A stretch of 64,000 nucleotides of DNA from Acidimicrobiia bacterium (lineage in GTDB: Bacteria; Actinomycetota; Acidimicrobiia; Acidimicrobiales; Aldehydirespiratoraceae): contig JAJEJB010000015.1 of the NCBI GenBank assembly GCA_022828135.1, forward strand, positions 81,484-145,483. Reading direction: 5' to 3'. The position numbers were made by a program, and so were the translations under genes. Shown piece by piece: positions 49,351 through 58,101 of the stretch. How positions within the stretch are numbered: position 1 is the stretch's first letter; the number at the start of each line of letters is the position of its first letter. Below the pieces are notes generated by a model. It worked only from the letters and a program-made list of their open reading frames with translations. It was not told where the DNA came from and ran no database searches.

Positions 49351-49472
49351 CGAACTGGCAGCGGTGAGTGCCGGATTCGGGCCTGAGCGCTGCCAATTCG
49401 GCCAAGCACAAAGCCTTCAGGCGAGAACTGGCAGCAGAATGCACGCATAGCGAGCACAACGCTGCCAATTCG
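49351..49472 (-). repeat. Two tandem hairpins with conserved 12-13 nt stems (CGAAUUGGCAGC / GCUGCCAGUUCG on the minus-strand RNA) and unrelated loops, between cobU and cobT
   Basis: Arms lie at 49351-49363/49388-49400 and 49424-49435/49461-49472, with a period of about 72 nt. The single non-Watson-Crick position is G-U on the minus-strand transcript and C-A on the plus strand. Confidence 0.65.
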
Positions 49473-49492
49473 TTGGACCGGGACCAGCGTCC

Positions 49493-50050
49493 TCACTCGC
49501 CCGGCCTTCGGCCTCGCAGTCCGACGGCCGGATCGACCAGCGGTAGCAACCGGCCGGCTACCACCAGGTAGGCGGCGTCCGCAGCGCGCACCAACGCCTG
49601 GTTGACGGAGCCGAGCAGGTCCCGGAAGTCCCGTCCCAGCGGCGTGGCCGGCACCACACCCGAGCCGACCTCGTTGGTTACGACCAACCCTTGGCCGGGA
49701 CGCTCGGCCAGCAGGAGCGCCAGCCGGACCGCCTCTTCCACGATGTCGGCGTCGGGTGGACGAGGCTCGGTCAGCATCCGGTTGGTGGTCCAGATGGCCA
49801 GGCAGTCGACAATGATCGTGTCGGCCGGGTCGGCCGCCTCCAGGGCGCCCGCGAGGTCGTGGGGCGCCTCCACGGTGGTCCAGTGGTCCGGCCTGCAGGA
49901 TCGGTGCCGGGCGATGCGCGAGGCCATCTCGGCGTCGCGCGGCTCAGCGGTGGCGATGAACGTCACAGGCGCGCCCGAGGCCCCGGCGGCCGCGACCGCC
50001 GCGGCCGACTTGCCCGACCGGGCCCCGCCGGTGAGCACTGTCAGGGTCAA
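49493..50050 (-). CDS. cobU: Bifunctional adenosylcobinamide kinase / adenosylcobinamide-phosphate guanylyltransferase
   Basis: P-loop LTGGARSGKS, size 185 aa, and cob operon context. Confidence 0.85.
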   Translation of the reverse strand: MTLTVLTGGARSGKSAAAVAAAGASGAPVTFIATAEPRDAEMASRIARHRSCRPDHWTTVEAPHDLAGALEAADPADTIIVDCLAIWTTNRMLTEPRPPDADIVEEAVRLALLLAERPGQGLVVTNEVGSGVVPATPLGRDFRDLLGSVNQALVRAADAAYLVVAGRLLPLVDPAVGLRGRRPGE

Positions 50051-50090
50051 CGGTCCACGCCCGCACCGACGACTCGGGCGGCCGGCCGCA

Positions 50091-50663
50091 TCAGTAATCG
50101 ATGCCCTTCTTGGCCAGGATCCCGGCGTCGTAGGCGTGCTTGGTCTTGACCATCTCGGTGGCGGTGTCGGCCAGTTCCATCATCCAAGCCGGCGCGTCCC
50201 GGCCGGTCAGCACCAGCGACACCTGTTCGGGACGGTTGCGGAACGTGGCCTCCACCTCGGCGGCGTCGATCCAGCCCCAGTTCAGCGGGTAGGTGATCTC
50301 GTCGAACACCACCAGCCGGTGCTCGCTCGCCTCCACCACCGCCCTGCCGTGCCGCCATGCCTCCCGGGCCTCGGCCTCGTCGCGGGTCAGGTCGTCGCTG
50401 TCCCAGGTGAAGCCCTCCCCCAGCGACCAGAAGTCGACGCCGAGCGGCTCGGCCATCAACTGCTCGCCGGTCACCCAGTCGTCCGACTTGAGGAACTGCA
50501 CCACCGCCACCGGCCAGCCCCGGGCCCTGGCCCGCATCACCGTGCCGAACGCGGCCGAGGACTTGCCCTTGCCGTCGCCGGTGTTGACCACCACCAGGCT
50601 CCTGGCAGTGCGCATCCCGCCGGGGCGGGGATCCTCAGTGGGCGGGGAGTCGGCGGCAGTCAT
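50091..50663 (-). CDS. cobO: Cob(I)yrinic acid a,c-diamide adenosyltransferase (CobO/BtuR type)
   Basis: Motif NTGDGKGKSSAAFG. The ATG overlaps the upstream ATPase stop (ATGA). Confidence 0.85.
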   Translation of the reverse strand: MTAADSPPTEDPRPGGMRTARSLVVVNTGDGKGKSSAAFGTVMRARARGWPVAVVQFLKSDDWVTGEQLMAEPLGVDFWSLGEGFTWDSDDLTRDEAEAREAWRHGRAVVEASEHRLVVFDEITYPLNWGWIDAAEVEATFRNRPEQVSLVLTGRDAPAWMMELADTATEMVKTKHAYDAGILAKKGIDY

Positions 50664-51454
50664 GGTTGGTCTCCATTCTGGGCGCTTGCAGCGGTGGTGG
50701 GAACGATCACGGGACCCTCGGGGTCGTCGACGATGCGCACGCTGGCCCCGAAGTGCTCGGCGATGTTCTGCACCGTGAGCACGTCGGCCGGTGGCCCGGT
50801 CTCAGCGACACGCCCTCGGGCGAGTATGGCTATGCGGTCGCCGTAGCGGGCCGCCAGCGTCAGGTCGTGGAGGGTCGCGATGACGGTGAGGCCGCGCTCG
50901 CGTCTCAGAGCGTCGATCAGCTCGAGCACATCCTGCTGATGACCCAGGTCGAGGGCGGTGGTGGGCTCGTCGAGAAGCAGGACATCGGCCTGTTGGGCCA
51001 AGGCCCGGGCCATCACGGCCCGCTGGCGCTCGCCGCCCGACAGCGACTGCACGGTGCGCTCGCCGAAACCGCCTAGATCGAGGCGTGAGAGGACCCCGGC
51101 CGCGATTCTTCGGTCGTTGGCGGTCTCAGCCGCGAAGACGCCCCGATGGGGGGTGCGCCCCAACAGCACGTAGTCGGCGACCAGCATCCCCGGCGGGATC
51201 ACCGGTGTCTGCGGGACGTAAGCGACCTTGCGAGCCCGGGCCGAGCGGCGACGGTCGCTGAGCCCGTCTATGGCGATCTCCCCGTCGAAGGCCACCAAGC
51301 CGAGCAATGCTCGCAGCAGGGTGGTCTTGCCGGCACCGTTGGGGCCGATGATGTTCACCCACTCCCCCGTCGACGCGGCCAGGTCGACGCCACGCAGCAC
51401 ATGCGTGCCGTCGAGGGTGACGTCCAGATCCTGCACGCGGACCGCGGGGGTCAC
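50660..51454 (-). CDS. ABC transporter ATP-binding protein (FepC/BtuD-type, iron-siderophore/cobalamin family)
   Basis: Walker A GPNGAGKTT, LSGGERQR, LLLDEPT. The GTG at 51454 overlaps the permease stop. Confidence 0.85.
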   Translation of the reverse strand: MTPAVRVQDLDVTLDGTHVLRGVDLAASTGEWVNIIGPNGAGKTTLLRALLGLVAFDGEIAIDGLSDRRRSARARKVAYVPQTPVIPPGMLVADYVLLGRTPHRGVFAAETANDRRIAAGVLSRLDLGGFGERTVQSLSGGERQRAVMARALAQQADVLLLDEPTTALDLGHQQDVLELIDALRRERGLTVIATLHDLTLAARYGDRIAILARGRVAETGPPADVLTVQNIAEHFGASVRIVDDPEGPVIVPTTAASAQNGDQP

Positions 51455-52521
51455 CAGATCTCCCTGCGACTGGTGCGCAGCACCAGCACGAAGAAGGGGG
51501 CACCCAGGAAGGCGGTCACCACGCCGATGGGCAGCTCGGCCGGCGCCAGCGCGGTGCGGGCCGCCAGATCGGCAAGCACCATGAACGCTCCCCCGAACAG
51601 CACCGACAGTGGCAGCACGAGCCGGTTGCTGGAGCCGAACGCCAACCGCACGGTGTGGGGCACGATGATGCCGACGAAGCCGATGAGCCCGCTCACCGAC
51701 ACCGCCGCGGCCGCGCCGAGCGACGCGGCCAGCACCACGACCAGGCGGATCCGTCGGGGCTCCAGGCCCAGAGCGGCGGCCTCCTCGTCGCCGACGGCCA
51801 GCACGTCGAGGGCTCGGCGGTAGCGCAGCACCACGGCCACGGTCACCACGAAGTAGGGCAGCATCAGCGCGGGCTCGGACCATCCCGATGTGGCGATCCG
51901 GCCCAGGATCCAGGCGAAGATCTGGCGGAACGCGTCGCTGTTGGCCTGCAGCACGTACGTCTGGCAGGCGGTGAGGAAGCTGGCGACCGCGATGCCGGCC
52001 AGGATCAGCGACGCGGTGGAGCGTCCCCCGAGATGACCGGCCACGTACGACACCGTCACCGAGATGAGCGCTCCCGCGAAGGCGGCCAGCGGCACCGCAT
52101 CGAACACGCCGGCCCCGTCGCCCAGGTTGCTGGTGATGGCGATGGTGGCTCCGAGACCGGCGCCGGCCGCGATACCGAGCAGGTACGGGTCGGCCAGCGG
52201 GTTGCGGAACGCGCCCTGGTAGGTGGCGCCGCTGACGGACAGGGTGGCCCCCACCAGCAGGCCGAGGGCCACCCGGGGCAGCCGGATCTGCTCCACGATG
52301 GCGGCGTGGGCGTCGCTCAGTCCGGAGTCGATCGTCAACCCCGGCAGGCCGTCGAGCAGTTGCAGCGCCACCCGGTGCGCAGCGATGTCCACCGGGCCGA
52401 TGGTCAGCCCGGCGACCACGGCGACGGCGGCCGCGGCTAGACCGGCCGCCAGCGAACGCGGCCGGAGGCCCGATGCCTCCAGGACCACGTGCGGTCCGCC
52501 GTTCGGCTGCGAGTCGCTCAC
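51451..52521 (-). CDS. FecCD/BtuC-family ABC transporter permease
   Basis: Highly hydrophobic protein with FecCD-like motifs (RLPRVALGLLVGA, NPLADPYLLGI, GIIVPH). The GTG at 52521 lies 2 nt after the binding-protein stop. Confidence 0.8.
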   Translation of the reverse strand: MSDSQPNGGPHVVLEASGLRPRSLAAGLAAAAVAVVAGLTIGPVDIAAHRVALQLLDGLPGLTIDSGLSDAHAAIVEQIRLPRVALGLLVGATLSVSGATYQGAFRNPLADPYLLGIAAGAGLGATIAITSNLGDGAGVFDAVPLAAFAGALISVTVSYVAGHLGGRSTASLILAGIAVASFLTACQTYVLQANSDAFRQIFAWILGRIATSGWSEPALMLPYFVVTVAVVLRYRRALDVLAVGDEEAAALGLEPRRIRLVVVLAASLGAAAAVSVSGLIGFVGIIVPHTVRLAFGSSNRLVLPLSVLFGGAFMVLADLAARTALAPAELPIGVVTAFLGAPFFVLVLRTSRREIW

Positions 52522-52523
52522 GT

Positions 52524-53414
52524 CTAGCCAGTCGCGCTGATCGACACCAGGAGGTCGGAGATGGCCGCGACGAAGTCGACCAGCCGGGGACCCCAACGCG
52601 ACGCGGTGTCATCGTTGAGCTCGACGATCCGGCCGTCCTGAACCGCGGTCAGTTGGTCCCAGCCGGGGCGGGCCGCAATGGTCTGGGCGTTCTGGCCGCA
52701 ACACAGGGTGTCGGCCAGGAAGATCACGTCGGGGTCGGCGTCCACCAGGTACTCGTCACTGAGTTGCGGGTAGCCCCAGGCGCTGCCGTCGGCGTCGGCG
52801 GGGTCGGCGACGTTGGTGAGTCCGAACAGGCCGTACACCTGGCCGATGAAGGTGCTGCTGGTGACGGTGTAGAGCGTGTTGTCGAGCTCGTGGTAGTAGG
52901 TCAGGCCGGAAGCGTCCGGCGCGGCCGCTATCAACTCGGCGATCTCGGCCCGCATCTCGGCGACCAGCGCGGCTGCGTCGTCGGTACGTCCTGTGGCTTC
53001 GCCGAGCTGCTCGATCTGGACGTACACGTCCTCGAAGGCGAACGGGGCGTCGTGGGCCCACACCTCGATGCCGAGAGCCTCGAGGCTGGCGCCGACATCG
53101 CGGCTGGTCTGCATCACCACCAGGTCGGGGTCGTAGGAGGCGATGGCCTCGATGTTCGGGTTCCAGCCGTCGAGGTCGGTGACCGGGGCCTCGTCCGGGA
53201 AGTACGAGAACTGGTCGACGGCCACCACCCGGTCGCCCGCACCGATGGCGAAGAGCATCTCGGTCCCGGTCGGCGAGATCGACACGATCCGCTGCTCTGC
53301 GGACTGCTCGCCGTCCGGTGTGCCGCTGCACGCGGCCGCGAAAAGGGCTGCGGCGAGGAGTGCGAGCACAAGTCTGGCCCACAGGGTGGCTCGCCCGGTT
53401 GCGGGGCTGGTCAT
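52524..53414 (-). CDS. ABC transporter substrate-binding lipoprotein (BtuF/FhuD-like, type 8 PBP)
   Basis: An RBS AAGGGAGA lies upstream of the ATG at 53414. Lipobox LFAAACSG. Motif RIVSISPTGTEMLFAIGAGDRVVAVD. Confidence 0.8.
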   Translation of the reverse strand: MTSPATGRATLWARLVLALLAAALFAAACSGTPDGEQSAEQRIVSISPTGTEMLFAIGAGDRVVAVDQFSYFPDEAPVTDLDGWNPNIEAIASYDPDLVVMQTSRDVGASLEALGIEVWAHDAPFAFEDVYVQIEQLGEATGRTDDAAALVAEMRAEIAELIAAAPDASGLTYYHELDNTLYTVTSSTFIGQVYGLFGLTNVADPADADGSAWGYPQLSDEYLVDADPDVIFLADTLCCGQNAQTIAARPGWDQLTAVQDGRIVELNDDTASRWGPRLVDFVAAISDLLVSISATG

Positions 53415-53625
53415 ATGGTTCTCCCTTCTGCTCGAGTTCGGGGCCGAGCAGCGGGAGTGCCACCGCACGAGCCTTCCCTTACCTCGAGGGTCGGTCCGTC
53501 GAGCCGGCAGCCAGGCGATCGGACTTGTCTCACCGGCCGTAGCCGGCGAGCATCACCGCTGCGGGACAGTGCCGGGTTCGCACCGGCTTCGCTGCCTGTC
53601 GGCGCGCCGCAGCCTAGACGCCGGC
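53415..53625 (-). promoter_or_regulatory. Cobalamin (B12) riboswitch with an RBS-sequestering expression platform
   Basis: The minus-strand RNA contains GAAGCCGGUGCGAACCCGGCACUGUCCCGCAGCGGU and the B12-box-like AGUCCGAUCGCCUGGC. Downstream, CUCCCGCUGCUCG can pair with CGAGCAGAAGGGAG, which contains the RBS. Confidence 0.8.
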
Positions 53626-53660
53626 GCCGCTCCCATCAATCGTCGGTGGTGTGCGAACGG

Positions 53661-55319
53661 TCAGCGGCAGACAGGCTCGTAGCGCAGGCCGCGGTCGCCC
53701 AGCCGTTCCAGGGCCATGTCTACGCCCTGGACCGTGTTGGAGCGATCACCGCCGCCGTCGTGCATCAGCAAGACCACTCCGGGCCGCGCCCACTGCACGA
53801 TGTGGTCGGCGATCTCCGCGGCCGTCGGACCGAGCCAGTCCTGCGGGCTGGAGTCCCACATCACCAGCGACAGCCCGTGCGAGGCGGCCCACTCCCTGGT
53901 GCGGGCGCCGACCGACCCGTACGGGGGCCGCAAGCACATGGTGGCCAGGTCTCCGAGGATCGCCTGGGTCTGACCGACCGTCTCGTCGAAGGCCGCCCGG
54001 GACAGCCCGGCAAGGTCCTCGTGCCTCCAGGTGTGGTTGGCGATGGTGTGTCCCTCGGCCGCGATGCGCTGGATGATGTCGGGATAGGCCTGCGCCAACG
54101 AGCCCACCACGAAGAACGTGGCCCTGGCGTCGTGGCGGGCCAGCACGTCGAGCATCTGCGGCGTGTATTCGGGATTGGGACCGTCGTCGAAGGTCAGGTA
54201 GAGGACATCGCCGTCGTCGTCGGGCGTGACCGGTCGGGGCACGGTCACCTTCTCCGTAGTAGTCGTGGGCGCAGGCTCGGGCTCCGGCCGCGGCAGAACC
54301 TCGACGGTGAGCTCGTAGCCGGATTCCTCGGCGTGCGAGGAGACCACAGTCACCTTCCAGGCCCCGGTGGCCGGCAACTCCGACTCCACGAGCTGGGATC
54401 GTTGGGCGGCGGAGGTGACCACCAGGTGGTCCAGGCGGACGTCGAGCCACACGCCCAGGGGTGCTCGCAGTTCAGCGGTGAACGGCTGGCCCTCCGATGC
54501 GTACACCGTGTAGGTCTGGCGCTCACGGAAGTCGATGGTCCCGGACTCGGCGGCGCTCACCGCGCCCGGCTCGAAACGGATTGTCACTTCCGGACGTTCG
54601 GGGCCCGGCAGCGGCTTCTCCTCGATGGGCTCGCTGTCGATCACCGTCACCAGCGGTGCCGACCCCGACAGGTCGATCTCCAGTGTGGTGTGCCGGGAGA
54701 TGACGGTGAAGGGCTCATCCTCGGCCCGGTCGAACAGCGACACCTCGATCAGGCCGTCCCGCACCGTGATCGCGTCCATGACGATCCGGTCGCCGACGAA
54801 GATGGGGGGCAACGCCATGGCAGCACCGCCATCGTCGAGCACCGGCACGACCAGGTGGAAGACACCCGTCCCCGGCGACTGCTCGATGATGTGGGCGACC
54901 ACGTCCTCGTCTCCGTCGCCGTCGAGGTCGCCCTGGGCGACGCGGTTCTGGAGCGTGAAGATGCTGGCCGAGGCGCCGCCGGACGACACGGTGGCCCTGC
55001 CTCCCTCCAGGCGCACGACCTCGCCGTCGACCTCCACGGTGAGGTGCTCCAGATCCTCCCAGCCGATGGGATCGGACTCCACCGACGTGACGGCGGGCGC
55101 GATCTCCACCTCGTCCGGTGGGGACGTGCTGTCGGGAGGGTCGACCTCCATCGGGGTCGTGGTGGTCGACGTGGTGCGCGACACCGTCGGAGCGGTAGTG
55201 GCAGCCGCTTCGGGCTCCCCTCCCGACATGGCCGGATCGCGGCCCGAGGAAGGCTCGCCGCTGCATCCGGAAGCCACCAGAAGCAGCCCCAAGCCGATGG
55301 CGAGAGCCCTAGGCGACAC
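53661..55319 (-). CDS. Lipoprotein with a C-terminal polysaccharide deacetylase (NodB/CE4) domain and an N-terminal region of about 370 aa of unknown function
   Basis: NodB motifs LTFDDGP and ANHTWRH. A GTG start at 55319 gives the signal/lipobox LLLVASGC. An FG-GAP-like segment GDLDGDGDEDVV is present. Confidence 0.75.
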   Translation of the reverse strand: MSPRALAIGLGLLLVASGCSGEPSSGRDPAMSGGEPEAAATTAPTVSRTTSTTTTPMEVDPPDSTSPPDEVEIAPAVTSVESDPIGWEDLEHLTVEVDGEVVRLEGGRATVSSGGASASIFTLQNRVAQGDLDGDGDEDVVAHIIEQSPGTGVFHLVVPVLDDGGAAMALPPIFVGDRIVMDAITVRDGLIEVSLFDRAEDEPFTVISRHTTLEIDLSGSAPLVTVIDSEPIEEKPLPGPERPEVTIRFEPGAVSAAESGTIDFRERQTYTVYASEGQPFTAELRAPLGVWLDVRLDHLVVTSAAQRSQLVESELPATGAWKVTVVSSHAEESGYELTVEVLPRPEPEPAPTTTTEKVTVPRPVTPDDDGDVLYLTFDDGPNPEYTPQMLDVLARHDARATFFVVGSLAQAYPDIIQRIAAEGHTIANHTWRHEDLAGLSRAAFDETVGQTQAILGDLATMCLRPPYGSVGARTREWAASHGLSLVMWDSSPQDWLGPTAAEIADHIVQWARPGVVLLMHDGGGDRSNTVQGVDMALERLGDRGLRYEPVCR

Positions 55320-55932
55320 GCCGCAACACCCGCAGCGAGCCGACCACCGCCTGATCCTCGAAGCACCCGTCGGACAGGGCCCGGCACCAGATCTCATACG
55401 GCGGCCGTCCGCCGTCGGCGGGGTTCTCGAACACGTCGTGTATGGCCAGGAGCCCTCCGGGCCTTACATGGGGCGTCCAGCCCTCGTAGTCCCGGTGAGC
55501 GGGCGCGGCGCCGTGCCCTCCGTCGATGAACACCATGGACAGTGGAGTGGCCCACAGCGATGCCACCGTCGGCGAGTCGCCCACCACCGCGACGATGGTT
55601 CCCTCCAGACCGGCGTCGGAGATGGTGCGGCGGAAGAACGGCAGCGTGTCGATCACGCCCAGATCGGGGTCGACCACCTCCGGGTCGTGATGCTCCCAGC
55701 CGGGTTGGTTCTCCTCGGAGCCGCGGTGGTGGTCGACGCAGAAGAGCACCCGTCCGGCTTGCTGCGCGGCCGCGCCCAGATACACCGCTGACTTGCCGCA
55801 GTAACTGCCCACCTCCAGCAGCGGCCCGTTGACTTCGAGCGACGCGGCGGCCCTGTAGAGGGCCAGTCCCTCGTCGGCCGGCATGAAGCCGCGTGCTGCC
55901 TCAGCCGCGAGCCGGAGCCGATCTTCCATCAT
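55309..55932 (-). CDS. Class I SAM-dependent methyltransferase
   Basis: SAM-binding motif LLEVGSYCGKSAVYLG. The start ATG at 55932 overlaps the end of the GtrA-like gene. Confidence 0.7.
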   Translation of the reverse strand: MMEDRLRLAAEAARGFMPADEGLALYRAAASLEVNGPLLEVGSYCGKSAVYLGAAAQQAGRVLFCVDHHRGSEENQPGWEHHDPEVVDPDLGVIDTLPFFRRTISDAGLEGTIVAVVGDSPTVASLWATPLSMVFIDGGHGAAPAHRDYEGWTPHVRPGGLLAIHDVFENPADGGRPPYEIWCRALSDGCFEDQAVVGSLRVLRRVA

Positions 55933-56365
55933 CGCCGGCTCGGGGCCACAGCACCCGGTCGAGGAACACGTACTTGGCCACCCACACGCTGCCGTAGGCA
56001 ACGAGGTTGCCGGCCACGACGAGCAACGTGCGCTGGGTGAATTGCTCGATGACCGCCACCGCCAGCGACGACAGCGCCAGGCCGACCAGCGCCATCACCC
56101 AGAAGGTGAGCACCTCGCCGCCCAGCCGGTGTGGACCGCTGCGCTGCCACACCCATGCCCTGCTCAGGAGGTATGCGGGCGCCGTGCCGACCATCCAGGC
56201 TGCGAGGTTGGCCCCGACCGCTGGCCACCCCAGCACGCCGTGGCAGATCGCCAGCACACCGACCCCGACCGTCACGTTCACGACCGACACGCCGCAGTAG
56301 CGCAGGGCCTTCAGCCCGTGCTCGACTCGTAGCCTCTGAAGGGCGGAGGCCGGCGTGGTGGTCAC
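55901..56365 (-). CDS. GtrA-family membrane protein
   Basis: A small 4-TM protein (LRYCGVSVVNVTVGVGVL..., YLLSRAWVW) typical of the GtrA-like family. Confidence 0.75.
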   Translation of the reverse strand: MTTTPASALQRLRVEHGLKALRYCGVSVVNVTVGVGVLAICHGVLGWPAVGANLAAWMVGTAPAYLLSRAWVWQRSGPHRLGGEVLTFWVMALVGLALSSLAVAVIEQFTQRTLLVVAGNLVAYGSVWVAKYVFLDRVLWPRAGDDGRSAPARG

Positions 56366-56405
56366 GACCGCAGGCTATTGCCCACAACCGGGGCATGATG
56401 GGCTG

Positions 56406-57248
56406 ATGCAGACGGCGCTGGACAATGTGGTGGCCCTCCTCGACCTCGAAGCCATCGAGGTCAACATCTTCCGGGGCCTCTCCCCCGACGACGATCGCCA
56501 GCGGATCTTCGGCGGCCAGGTGGCCGGCCAGGCGCTGGTGGCCGCGGCACGGACCGTGGACGAGGGTTCGGTGCACTCGCTCCACGCCTACTTCCTGCGG
56601 GCCGGCGACCCCAGAGCCCCGGTGCTCTACGACGTGGACCGCATCCGCGACGGCCGGTCGTTCACCACCCGGCGGGTGGTCGCCATCCAGCACGGCAGAG
56701 CGATATTCCAGCTGGCGGCGTCATTCCACATCGCCGAGGACGGATACGAGCACGCCGACCCGATGCCGGAGGTGCCCGACCCGGAGTCCCTGCAGCCTCG
56801 TACCAAGAGGATCAAGGCCGCCGATCCGGACCGGGCTCGACCCGACCGCCTGCAGGCACTGGACATCCGCTATGTGACCACCAGCCCGCTCGATCGCAGC
56901 GGTCCGCTGCCGCCCAGGCAGATGGTGTGGATGCGGGCCAACGGCACCCTCGGCGACGACCCGGTGCTGCACGCCTGCCTACTCACCTACGCCAGCGACC
57001 TGACCCTGCTCGACACTGCGCTGGCGCCCCACGGCACCAGCGCGGCCAACCCGCAGGTCATGCTGGCCAGCCTCGACCACGCCATGTGGTTCCACGGCCC
57101 GTTCCGAGCCGACGAGTGGCTCCTGTACGACCAGCACACCCCGGCCGCGAGCGGCGCGCGGGGGCTGGCCACTGGCAGGGTGTTCACCCGCGACGGCCGG
57201 CTGGTGGCATCAGTGGTGCAGGAAGGCTTGATCCGGCGGATCAAGTAG
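56406..57248 (+). CDS. tesB: Acyl-CoA thioesterase II
   Basis: TesB-like sequence (LLDLEAIEVNIFRG...RIFGGQVAGQALVAA, DGRSFTTRRV, SLDHAMWFH). Confidence 0.85.
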   Translation: MQTALDNVVALLDLEAIEVNIFRGLSPDDDRQRIFGGQVAGQALVAAARTVDEGSVHSLHAYFLRAGDPRAPVLYDVDRIRDGRSFTTRRVVAIQHGRAIFQLAASFHIAEDGYEHADPMPEVPDPESLQPRTKRIKAADPDRARPDRLQALDIRYVTTSPLDRSGPLPPRQMVWMRANGTLGDDPVLHACLLTYASDLTLLDTALAPHGTSAANPQVMLASLDHAMWFHGPFRADEWLLYDQHTPAASGARGLATGRVFTRDGRLVASVVQEGLIRRIK

Positions 57249-57276
57249 GTGCCGCGTGCCGACGTAGCCTTTAGCC

Positions 57277-58074
57277 ATGGCCACCAAGTCGAGGAGCCAG
57301 CAGCGACTGGTGCGGCCCTGGACCGGCGAGGGCTCTGGCGAGGACCGGCGGGCCGACCGGCTCGCATCCGAGGAGCCCATGGCCATCGAGTTGGACGACG
57401 TGCGGGTGGCCACCACCATGCGCACCCCGGGCAACGACTTCGAGCTGGCCGTGGGCTTCTGCTTCGCCGAGGGCCTGCTGGACGGCCACCGCGTGACGCA
57501 GGTCAAGTACTGCGCCAAGGGCTCGGCCGCGGCCACCGACTTCAACGTGGTGTCGGTCTCCACCGGCGGCAAGGCCCCTGCGCCCCGGCCCCGGCTCACC
57601 ACCACCACGTCGTCGTGCGGTTTCTGCGGCACTAGCGAGATCGACGAGCTCGTCTCCAAGCTCGATGCAGTCATCGGCGAGCCGATGCCGTGGGAGGCGC
57701 TGGCCTCCGCTCCCGAACAGCTGCGGCCGGGACAGGAACTGTTCGACGCCACCGGTGCGGTCCACGCCGCGGGCGTGGTCGCACCGAACGGCTCGGTCTC
57801 GCTGGTCCGTGAGGACGTGGGCCGCCATAACGCGGTCGACAAGCTCATCGGCCGGCTGTTCCTCGACAGCCGTCTGCCCGCCACCGGGCTGGGCCTGGTG
57901 GTCAGCGGCCGGGCCAGCTTCGAGTTGGTGCACAAGGCCTGGGCCGGCGGTTTCCGCGCCTTGGTGGCGGTGAGCGCCCCCACCGCGCTGGCTGCGGCCA
58001 CGGCTGAGGCGGCCGGCATGCAGCTGGCCGGCTTCGCCCGCAACGGCGCCATGACCGTCTACGTCGACGCCTAA
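57277..58074 (+). CDS. fdhD: Formate dehydrogenase accessory sulfurtransferase FdhD
   Basis: EEPMAIEL, RTPGNDFELAVGF, the SSCGFCG cysteine motif and VGRHNAVDK. Confidence 0.85.
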   Translation: MATKSRSQQRLVRPWTGEGSGEDRRADRLASEEPMAIELDDVRVATTMRTPGNDFELAVGFCFAEGLLDGHRVTQVKYCAKGSAAATDFNVVSVSTGGKAPAPRPRLTTTTSSCGFCGTSEIDELVSKLDAVIGEPMPWEALASAPEQLRPGQELFDATGAVHAAGVVAPNGSVSLVREDVGRHNAVDKLIGRLFLDSRLPATGLGLVVSGRASFELVHKAWAGGFRALVAVSAPTALAAATAEAAGMQLAGFARNGAMTVYVDA

Positions 58075-58101
58075 CCGTCGGCCGGGGCTTCGTAGACTGC
58101 G

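Noticed and set aside
49365-49387. The loop of the cobT-proximal hairpin contains CGAAUCCGGCAC. This resembles the GCGAACCCGGCAC core segment of the genuine B12 riboswitch at 53.57 kb, raising the idea of a second internal riboswitch.
   Set aside because: Only about 13 nt match. The 157-nt spacer lacks a B12 box and the other conserved riboswitch segments. Chance similarity in GC-rich sequence is likely.
52473-55529. A 1018-aa plus-strand ORF spanning the binding-protein gene, the riboswitch and the deacetylase gene.
   Set aside because: It is antisense to well-supported minus-strand genes and to a riboswitch. Its composition is low-complexity (R/G/P/H-rich), and no motif was recognised. This is a typical GC3-driven open antisense frame.
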